This document shows, in pieces, positions 54,987 to 64,000 of a DNA stretch of 64,000 nt; position 1 is the first letter of the stretch; every line of letters begins with the position of its first letter. Position numbers and translations under genes: made by a program. Source of the stretch: Mizuhopecten yessoensis (Eukaryota); the NCBI RefSeq assembly GCF_002113885.1, contig NW_018408761.1:2335947-2399946 (forward strand). The letters run 5' to 3'. The notes under the pieces are model-generated. The model did no database searches, was not told the origin of the DNA, and was given only the letters and a program-made list of their open reading frames with translations.

Positions 54987-56438
54987 TCATACCTTAACAG
55001 CGTCCTTGGAAGTAACATTATCATTCTCTTTCTCTTTATCTGTGTTTACCTTTCCTGTGTCTACAGTCTCTACTTCAGGAACAAATGCAGCGTTCTGGTG
55101 ACCTTGACCTGAAATAACGTTTACCTGAGGAACGGTGATGATTCCGGTTCCGTTGCTATGTAACACACCGTTAGGGAGATAGACAGGCTGTACGACATGA
55201 TTTGCATTCTGTGTCGCCATGTTGACCAGGGCGCCGACCAGATCCTTAACAAGGTCGCCATGATTGACCGTTGTCGGCGTTGGTTGCATTTGTATGCCTC
55301 CTTGACAATCGCTCATATTAGTTGCACAACTGGTCACACTGCTTTGGCTGGCTGTGCGACCAGCCACATGTCGACTTAAAGTTGAGGTTGGCGTCTTCTC
55401 GGGGGGACAACAAACCATAAAGCATGGGGCTTTTTCTGCTAGCGCAGCACGGAAGCGGGGATGACTGAGTGCATATACTAGAGGGTTGTGCATAGCAGAC
55501 GTTTTAGCCAAAAGAACAGGCAATTCACTCATGAGAGGTGTAACAAAATCTGGCGATCCAAACTGTGCTATTAATGCAATGGTAGCATACGGACTCCATG
55601 AAAGAATGAAGAGTGATATCAACATCAATGCTATTTTAGCGATTTTCATCTCAGCTTTAGCTTTTTTGCTCTTATCTGCTTCTTCGGCGTTTAGTTTGTC
55701 AGCCATACGTGTCATTTCTTTCCCGTGTGCCTTAATGGCCTTCAGTATCTGGATGTAACAGCCGATGATAATTAAACAAGGCATCAAAAACCCAAACACG
55801 TACATTCCGATGATAAATATTCGGTTGCTGGTGCTTTTGGTAATGTAATCGAAAGTACACGACGTTTGAAATCCCTCTGGGATGTACGCCCCGAATCCAA
55901 ATAGAGGGGGAATAGACCAAAACACTGACCAGGTCCAAACCACCACAATCATAATAAAGGCCTTTTTCCGCGTCATGATCCTTGCGGCCTGTAGGGGTTT
56001 TGTTATGCAGATGAAGCGGTCGATTGAAATTGCTGCCAACGTGCTGATGGACATGAAACCGAATATTCCACCTATGAGGCCGTACAGTTCACAGGCAACC
56101 ATTCCAAACACCCATTTTTTACTAAAGGCAGAGATAGATTTGAGAGGAAAACCATTGACGGCAGAAAACGTCAGATCACTCAGTGCCAGGTTTACTATCA
56201 ACATATTTGATGGCGTTTTCAACTTCTTGTTTGTGGTGAACATCCATATAACAAGAATGTTACCGACGACGCCGGTGATTCCAACGATGCCGATATATAT
56301 GCCAACGAAATAAAACCAAAAATCAGACACGGGAGGGAATTGTTTCCAATGTGGATGAATGAAAAAGTCGTACGTATCATAAAGGTGTGTAGTGTTTGTC
56401 ACTCTCTCGGTCACGTGCTCCGGAGACATTGTTATCAT
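54987..56438 (-). CDS. Gq-coupled rhabdomeric opsin, intronless, 483 aa (start may be the second ATG at 56429; resembles opnGq4 type)
   Basis: Uninterrupted ORF with NLALSD, CELYG, DRF, PEGFQTSC, LAKTSAMHNPLVYALSHPRFR and CC. The second ATG has the better Kozak context (ACAATG). Confidence 0.97.
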   Translation of the reverse strand: MITMSPEHVTERVTNTTHLYDTYDFFIHPHWKQFPPVSDFWFYFVGIYIGIVGITGVVGNILVIWMFTTNKKLKTPSNMLIVNLALSDLTFSAVNGFPLKSISAFSKKWVFGMVACELYGLIGGIFGFMSISTLAAISIDRFICITKPLQAARIMTRKKAFIMIVVVWTWSVFWSIPPLFGFGAYIPEGFQTSCTFDYITKSTSNRIFIIGMYVFGFLMPCLIIIGCYIQILKAIKAHGKEMTRMADKLNAEEADKSKKAKAEMKIAKIALMLISLFILSWSPYATIALIAQFGSPDFVTPLMSELPVLLAKTSAMHNPLVYALSHPRFRAALAEKAPCFMVCCPPEKTPTSTLSRHVAGRTASQSSVTSCATNMSDCQGGIQMQPTPTTVNHGDLVKDLVGALVNMATQNANHVVQPVYLPNGVLHSNGTGIITVPQVNVISGQGHQNAAFVPEVETVDTGKVNTDKEKENDNVTSKDAVKV

Positions 56439-58088
56439 TGAGTATCAATTCACGGATAAATGTTTATATTGCAATGATAGGTCGTTTTAACCACGCTGAT
56501 GTCACGGTGGAGACAGAAGATGCAGTACGTACGTGAATTGTCGTTTTATCAGTTAGTTAACGACAGGATGTCAAAGTCGGTCGTGATTGATTACAATGGG
56601 CCTGGAAACACCATGCGCTTCATAACTCTAAGAAATCCTTCAGCATACTATTCAATTAAAAAAAAAGACGAAATAATGTCTTTGGGACAAAACAAAACTT
56701 TGAATCCAAAAGAGAGGAATGCACAGTCTTGAATTTCTGTCCATAATATCAACGTCTTCAATAAACTGACGCGTTAATATGAATAAAGGCTAAATGTCAT
56801 GAAATCCTTATTGGCTGATTTGAATTCAAAAAAAAGAGAACTAGCGACGTCCATGACATTGGTGAAGATGTATTCTCACTAGACCCGCAGAGATTGGTTT
56901 GATATGGTGGTGGCGATGGTAATGGTAAGGAGATGTCTCCATTTATACCTAGACTTCGCGTGCTCAGACGTAAGAGGATCACATCAAGACGGCCAGCTCC
57001 CTGCTGATCATTGTGATAACAAATTAATGGCTTTTTTTCCTATCAGGTATTGCCAATAAGGTACGCTCTGCCCATAAACATGGATTACGTGTTCATTTAT
57101 CAAGATATATACCTTTGACTTTTATCCACTGTAGGTAGTATTTGATGCTGATCTACGGCAAAACAACATTGAATCACCTGTAAAACGAATGCATCAAATA
57201 ACTGTGTAGTTTTATAAGACGTAAAAATATAACATATAACAATGAATTAACCACTATTGCAATCAACGACGCGTATTTATTTCCTGCTTATTGGTCACCA
57301 GTACCCCAAACAGAATACTGGAGATAGGTAAAATCTACTTATTAGCGATATTCGTGTTAGTATCGGCATTAGACTATCGTAATAAGAACACGCCCACGTT
57401 AATTCTGAGTAAATGAACCCTACTTGCATCAAGATTCTATATCCACGTAGCGTAATACTATTAATCGGAATTAAAAACTCACTGTGACTTCTCTTTTCAG
57501 AAAGCAGCTTTTTTATCTTCTAATTTTTTAAATGCGGCTTATTGCACGTAACTAAAATACTCGTATACACTATGGATTTATAATCTCAATGAAATATTGC
57601 GTCATTGCATGTGAGGCTTACAACAATATCGGCTTGTCTGACACCTACGGACGACACGGAATCAATACGAATTAATTATGACACGAATTCATATTTCCCA
57701 CTAATTAATCTGCCACAGAATATAAACATTTGGCAGATCATTCTCTCATTATCACTGAAGGCGACCTTGCTCATAGACGGTCGCTTTTCATTTCATAGAC
57801 ATCAAAGAGTGTTGTAATATATATTTCAGAGATCTTCAGAAAATGTATATTTAAATATATTGCGAACATTTTAAGAATAACCGATGGGAAGTCCTGAAAC
57901 ATCTCAATACAAAGAATTACGTGAACAAGGCTCGCGGAGAGCACTTTAAAAACAAAACATTACTGTATACCATTGTCCTGGAGTTAAACCAGACGAAAGT
58001 GACATATCCGGAGATTTGACTCCATTTAATTTGAAGGATTGAAGTTAAAATCTAATTCCGGAAGAATTTTAAAGTGCTGTAGAGTGTG
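56439..58088. promoter_or_regulatory. Divergent (probably bidirectional) promoter region between two opsins
   Basis: 1650 bp between divergent ATGs. Four CCAAT boxes (56810, 56893, 57053, 57290) and homeodomain-type sites (GGATTA near 57083, TTAATCGGAATTAA near 57461). Confidence 0.6.
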
Positions 58089-59630
58089 ATGTCGAGGGAA
58101 GCGGGAACTGCTATATTGTCGGTTGTGGAGGAGGTGACTACCATCAACACCTCCGCTTCACACCCCTTTGATACATACGACTACTATATCCACCCCCACT
58201 GGAGACAGTACCCACCTGTATCAGATAACTGGCACTACTTCATCGGACTCTTTATCACCGTAGTCGGCATCAGCGGTGTCGTCGGAAATATTGTTGTGAT
58301 ATGGATGTTCAGTTCCACAAAGACCCTGAAATCGCCGTCAAATATGCTGATAACGAACCTTGCTCTTAGTGATCTCACCTTCTCGGCTGTTAATGGGTTT
58401 CCGTTATTAACTATCTCGGCCTTCAATAAGCGGTGGGTTTTTGGTGACGCAGCGTGCGAGTTTTATGGTCTTATTGGTGGGATCTTCGGTCTCATGTCTA
58501 TCAACACTCTGGCTATGATTTCTATAGACCGATACATTTGTATCACCAAACCCCTTCAAGCCGCCAGGCTGATGACTCGCAAGAAAGCCTTCTTCATGAT
58601 AGTGATTGTATGGTCTTGGGCAGTCGGATGGTCCCTTCTTCCACTGTTTGGTTTAGGGGCATACATTCCCGAAGGTTTTCAAACTTCCTGTACGTTTGAC
58701 TATCTAACCAAAACTACATTGAATAGAATTTACATCATCGGAATGTATCTATTCGCGTTTGCATTACCTCTGGTAATCATCATCGGTTGTTATATTGCGA
58801 TTTTGAAAGCCATCAGAAAACATGCCAAAGAAATGGCCAGCATGGCTGACAAAATGAACGCTGAAGAAGCAGATAAGAAAGAAAAATCTAAAACAGAAAT
58901 AAAAATAGCAAAAATTGCGATGATGCTTATATCGCTTTTCATTTTGTCGTGGAGTCCGTATGCTACTATAGCCTTGATGGCTCAATTCGGAGACCCGTCT
59001 TTTGTTACCCCCTTCATGTCGGAGTTACCTGTTATGTTGGCCAAGGCGTCTGCCATGCACAACCCTATAGTGTATGCACTCAGCCATCCAAAGTTTCGTG
59101 AAGCGCTAATGAAGAAGGCACCATGCCTCTTATCATGTTGTGCGCCGTCAGAGAAACCTAAAAAGGTCAACAAAGCACCTGTACCACAGAAGCCAGTGAT
59201 GCATCGACAGCTAACGCACACTTTTAGTGACGCAAGCATGGCTAGTGTTCAGACAAATATCAGCGAATGCTTCGAAATGAAAACAGCTAAAGAGCAATGG
59301 ATTGATTCGGCAGAAATGGTTCGACAGCTTGTTGGCGTGATTGTAGGCATGGCAACCAAGAAGAGTGGTGACAAGCCTAACGCTCTTCCTCAAAATGGCA
59401 ATGTTCAAATGACTGAGGACGGTCCTTCCACAGAGACAATGCAACAACCTGAAGAAGGCGTATTCACAGTGAACGACGGTAACCTTGACCTTGTGGCAGC
59501 TGCAGGCGCCTTGATTGATGCTCTCGGAACGGAGTGCGAGACTGAGAAACCGGTCGATGAAGGGGAGGTAACCACGGATGGTAAGGACAACCCGGCATTT
59601 GAGCCCCAAGAGGATGATACACAGGTTTGA
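58089..59630 (+). CDS. Gq-coupled rhabdomeric opsin, intronless, 513 aa (resembles opnGq3 type)
   Basis: The ORF track starts at GTG 58086, but the first ATG is 58089. Motifs: NLALSD, CEFYG, DRY, PEGFQTSC, LAKASAMHNPIVYALSHPKFR, CC, and a long acidic tail ending DNPAFEPQEDDTQV. Confidence 0.97.
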   Translation: MSREAGTAILSVVEEVTTINTSASHPFDTYDYYIHPHWRQYPPVSDNWHYFIGLFITVVGISGVVGNIVVIWMFSSTKTLKSPSNMLITNLALSDLTFSAVNGFPLLTISAFNKRWVFGDAACEFYGLIGGIFGLMSINTLAMISIDRYICITKPLQAARLMTRKKAFFMIVIVWSWAVGWSLLPLFGLGAYIPEGFQTSCTFDYLTKTTLNRIYIIGMYLFAFALPLVIIIGCYIAILKAIRKHAKEMASMADKMNAEEADKKEKSKTEIKIAKIAMMLISLFILSWSPYATIALMAQFGDPSFVTPFMSELPVMLAKASAMHNPIVYALSHPKFREALMKKAPCLLSCCAPSEKPKKVNKAPVPQKPVMHRQLTHTFSDASMASVQTNISECFEMKTAKEQWIDSAEMVRQLVGVIVGMATKKSGDKPNALPQNGNVQMTEDGPSTETMQQPEEGVFTVNDGNLDLVAAAGALIDALGTECETEKPVDEGEVTTDGKDNPAFEPQEDDTQV

Positions 59631-60020
59631 TATAAACTTAGACTCATTTTATTTGAGGTGATCACATACGCGTGCTTATGACGTAATCAATCAATGAAAA
59701 CTCTTGGATCGGTAAATAGAAAGGTTGCCAATTCCAGTTGTGTGGCTTTTATATCTTTAACTCCTGCTACACTCGTTCTGAATGATACGGAACGATTTAA
59801 AACAGCAGGGGGAAAAACATCATCAATTACTGTTAACGTACACCAGTTTTATAGTAACGGAATTAAAATCAACCTATATATAGAGTATTCAACAACACAT
59901 AGAACTGTAATAGAATACCCGGATTGTTGTAGTGGGTGTCTTCAGTATCTCTGTCTCACTGCAGTCTAGTTTTTCGTATATATACAGTAACCTTCCCTTA
60001 AATTTGTTTCACTTCTATTC

Positions 60021-60090
60021 ACCAGCTAGCTCAGTCGTTCAGGGCGACAGGGTAGCAATCTGATGTCAGCTGTTCGAATCCCGGTCTATC
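60021..60090 (+). mobile_element. tRNA-derived SINE head fragment
   Basis: A box TAGCTCAGTCG (60027) and B box GTTCGAATCCC (60072); no intact cloverleaf. Confidence 0.6.
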
Positions 60091-60211
60091 ACAGCTGAAC
60101 TTGTCACTCAGAATACTGTTGCTGATTATATTGTCATTATTTCACCTGTAATATCTGTTTACAGATGTCCCGCACGGTATGATTCCATTATTCGGAAATG
60201 ATTGACTAATT

Positions 60212-60396
60212 TATTCCGTCTTTGCGTATTGCAGAGTTATCTTATCTTGGGAGCAGGTATTGATTATTACGTCATTGGTTTGTGAGAGTAGCGTCATCAA
60301 TGTTTGAGAAAACGATGTAGTTTTCTCACACAAACCAATGACGTAACAATTAATACCTGCTCACAAGATAACTCTGAAATACGCAAAGACGGAATA
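60212..60396. mobile_element. Palindromic MITE (185 bp hairpin)
   Basis: TATTCCGTCTTTGCGTATT...TTACGTCATTGGTTTGTG is mirrored by CACAAACCAATGACGTAA...AATACGCAAAGACGGAATA, giving ~70-bp arms. Confidence 0.9.
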
Positions 60397-61716
60397 GCTA
60401 TGATGGGGAAACTATTTCCAATGCATAATTACCGTTTTAGCAGGGGTACGGGGATCCTCCATAGATGACACAGTGTCTCCTCCGAAACAATGATGAACTA
60501 TTGTAAAACGAACCGAAGCTTGTTTAACTCCTGATCGTATCGTTTCTGTTCGTTGTAAGCGTTTTGAATGTGCCCATCATCATATAAGTGTATCAGTGTT
60601 ATATTAATCTCAATACAACACCATTCTTAGGTTTGAAATATGCTGTAAATAGTTCTATATATTTAAAAGTATTTCTGTCCATTAAGAGATGTAATATGAT
60701 GTAGTGAGTTCACAATCCACACATTATTCTTTCAATATATTCACGAGGCTTACTTTTCCTTAATAAATTATCTTTATAACGTTGGTTTTGTTTTATTTTC
60801 ATCGGTTTACCTTACTGAGTGGAATGGCATCTTTTTATGAAGTACGTAAGAACAATGACATCAAAAGAGGATTTGTCATGCTATATATTGCAGGTGTTTG
60901 TCAAAATCAAGTTCAAACTAATTTTGATGGTTCCATGCTTCAAATGGTCTATTTATTCCCAGACAAACAATTAGCCACTCGTGCAATAAAATGTAGATTT
61001 TGCTAAGGCTTATTATAGCACAAATATTTCTGTCTTTGGGAATTTACCAATACACTACAAATGACATGTTTAAGTTCAATAGGGGCATGCAAATGTAATG
61101 TTAATATTTGAAGTGCACAGGATTCACCTCTATACAAAAAAAAATGACAATCAATAGATTGATGAAGATATCAAAAAGTAAAATACAGAGAAGACATATC
61201 AAGAACCTGAGTCAATGCTTCGCCATCTTGTAACGTTTGAAGTGCTTTTTCCGGTTTTTACCGGCATGTCATTCAACCTGCATTACAGAATATGACACAT
61301 CCGGTCGATACTGCAATTAATTATGTTAATTAATGCGTAAGCGCTTTGGTATCAATTTAATAAATGTCCAATCAACGCAAAAAACCCATTAATAATTACT
61401 ATTACAAAATTCCGACAGTTGTTCGAGGAAATTCATATGGTATACATGTTTTAGTCGATGTCAGCTAATCAGTTCGTGACTTTGTCGATTTAAAGTTCAA
61501 ACTTCATTTGATGATCATCTTTATGACATAAGTAAGAGTGATCACAAATAAACAGTACATTAAGTGTTTACACACTGTGGCGTATAAAGGCTTTTTTATC
61601 ACATTTAGCTGACTGCATTTACGATATTCTTTTAATTTAATGTAAGTTTTGAAATTTTCTGATAAATGCCAGGCATTTATTCAATGAAATATTGTTTCCG
61701 TTTATTGAGACGTGAT

Positions 61717-62130
61717 ATTTTTTTTTATTTTTTTTTTAGGTTCAAATTGTTTTATTCCCTCAGCATCTTTGGGAGGGATGCCAGGGTTGGGGTGCCCCGG
61801 GAACATCCCTCTTACATAATATAGCCTCATGCAAAAGGCCTCTTTCTCTTCATTCTCTCTTTCTTTTTCATTCGTTCTTTCATACTCAAATTCAAAATCA
61901 TTCATTCTTTCATATGTATATTTCATTTATTCCAATAACGATAATATTTATTTTGATCAAATTGATATATTGAATTACATCAACTATTCCTTCTTTATAT
62001 ATTCAAATATTTTTATATTTATACATTCATTTACATGCCAAAAATTCTGCTTTATTGATTTGGGATTGCCATATTGTCCTAAAATTTAGATAAAACCGAA
62101 TTCATGTACTTTGAATGATGTTGTTTTTCA
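61717..62130 (-). mobile_element. Non-LTR retrotransposon 3' end with stem-loop and poly(A)
   Basis: Minus strand: GAGGGATG...CATCCCTC stem (61773-61811), AATAAA, then an A-rich tail at 61717-61737. Confidence 0.6.
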
Positions 62131-63261
62131 TGTGTAATTTGGATTAGTTTAAGAAGGAATGTCTGGGGAAATAAAAAAGAGTACATATACTAATGTACCT
62201 AGCAATTTAGACCTATATACATAAACACAAAAGCATGTACAATTATGTGAAATTTAACTACAAATTATGTATTCATACCAATACGTGATATGATGTTTAT
62301 ATTGTCGTACCGTAACATTCTCCGATAATTGTGTTTGTATATTTTATATGCACAATATACATATTTATTTACTTTATTTTATTCCTTATGATTCTATTTT
62401 AATTTAGATTATGACTACCACAATAGAAGTAGGCAGATAAAATTGTTTTTATTACTTGAGATTATATCAGTTTTTATATCGAATACATATCTTTCATTTG
62501 TATTGCAAAATCATTCTCCTGGATCATGCTTGTGAAAAAGGTTCCACATTGGGTACCGTTCAGATTTGGGTATGTTCACCCTAACCTCTAGCTGACCTTT
62601 CTATACTTGTCTACCTGGCCATGTGTGTGACAAACACATGGCCGGAAGTATTGATCACGTGACTTCTGATACTCCATAACTATACTTCGTTAATACCTTG
62701 CATGTGAAGAGAGGATTGCTTTTATTAAATGAACCCGTACAATCGGATAGAAAGTTTATCGATCTGAAATCAATATGATAAAGGCGTGTCCGTGAGCTAG
62801 GCTCAGTCCGGATGAATCAGATAATGTAGTAGGTCCCTCCCTGGATGAGCTGGTCGCACTGATTTTTATTAATATAAGTTTGTCATTGTTTTCTTAATAC
62901 AAATAGGGAAAACACCCTATTTCTTATCCTTAATTATAGATACAAAGTACAATTTCGTCCTGACACTTGATAGGGAGATAACTTTATTTTCCTGGTTTGA
63001 CACTCCTTTATTTAGACTGACTCATCATGTGTATATGATGCCCGGTATAGGGGTGAATGACCTCCCTTTATTAGAGAGGAGTGAGATGGCTTCATAATTC
63101 AATTTAGATAGAAATGAGAACAAAGCTGTCATTAATTCTTTCAGATTAAATTTTTACATAATTGAGTTTATAATTATGTGTGAAACATGTATTCTTAAAT
63201 CATTTTAGTGAAAATTCGTGTTCAGAAAGTAACAACGTAGGTGTGGTCTTAATAACATCAG

Positions 63262-64000
63262 TAAACGTACCATTACATTTAGTAGGTATGATCCTGTAGC
63301 ACGTACCATTACATTACGAAGGTATGATCCTGTGGAAAGTACCATTACATTTACTAGGTATGGTCCTGTTAAACGTACCATTATATTTAGTAGGTATGGT
63401 CCTGTTAAACGTACCATTACATTTAGTATTTATGATCCTGTTGAACGTACCATTACATTTAGTAGGTATGGTCCTGTTGAACGTACCATTACATTTAGTA
63501 TGTATGATCCTGTTGAACGTGAAATTACATTAAGTAGGTATGATCCTGTTGAACGTACCATTACATTCAGTAGGTATGGTCCTGTTGAACGTACCATTAC
63601 ATTTAGTAGGTATTATCCTGTTGAAAGTACCATTACATTTAGTAGGTATGATCCTGTTGAACGTACCATATACATTTAGTAGGTATGGTCCTGTTGAACG
63701 TACCATTACATTTAGTAGGTATGATTCTGTTGATCCTAACATTACATTAAGTAGGTATGGTCCTGTTGAACGTACCATTATATTTAATAGGTATGGTCCT
63801 GTTGAACAAACCATTACATTCAATGGGTATGATCCTGCTTAACGTAACATTACAGTTAGTAGGTATGATCCTGTTGAACGTAACATTACATTAAGTAGGC
63901 ATCGACCTGTTGAACGTACCATTACATTCAGTAGGTATGATCCTGTTGAACGTACCATTACATTTAGTATGATCCTGTTTAACGTACCATTACATTTAGT
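63262..64000 (+). repeat. 36-bp satellite running off the window end
   Basis: Unit AACGTACCATTACATTTAGTAGGTATGATCCTGTTG, about 20 copies. Confidence 0.97.

Noticed and set aside
58086-58088. GTG start for the third opsin
   Set aside because: Eukaryotic gene with an in-frame ATG as the next codon.
55197-59665. Antisense and alternate-frame ORFs overlapping the opsins (also 31227-31884)
   Set aside because: Shadow ORFs of codon-biased coding sequence with no recognisable motifs.
63205-63842. Several overlapping repetitive ORFs
   Set aside because: A product of the 36-bp satellite, whose length is a multiple of 3.

Overview
AT-rich animal genomic DNA, most consistent with a bivalve mollusc and probably a scallop (Pectinidae); this is inferred from the opsin sequences, and the species cannot be fixed from this window. 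The only clear protein-coding genes are three single-exon Gq-coupled rhabdomeric opsins: 30730-32103 (+), 54987-56438 (-) and 58089-59630 (+). The last two sit head-to-head 1.65 kb apart. An intronless scallop r-opsin cluster is, to my recollection, already described, so the cluster itself is probably not new. The most interesting signal absent from the ORF track is a 65-nt minus-strand exon (32367-32431) with branch point, acceptor and donor. It encodes a signal-peptide-like stretch and lies in the predicted 3' UTR of the first opsin. Phase-compatible candidate first exons lie at about 44.7 kb and 50.5 kb, which suggests the opsin is nested antisense inside a large secreted or membrane-protein gene. 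The opsins also show DRY/DRC/DRF divergence, a conserved amphipathic helix in otherwise divergent tails, PDZ-like C-termini and a mosaic similarity pattern. The rest of the window is satellites and minisatellites, MITEs, tRNA-derived SINEs and decayed LINE, Penelope and tyrosine-recombinase element fragments. There is one assembly gap (15238-15407).
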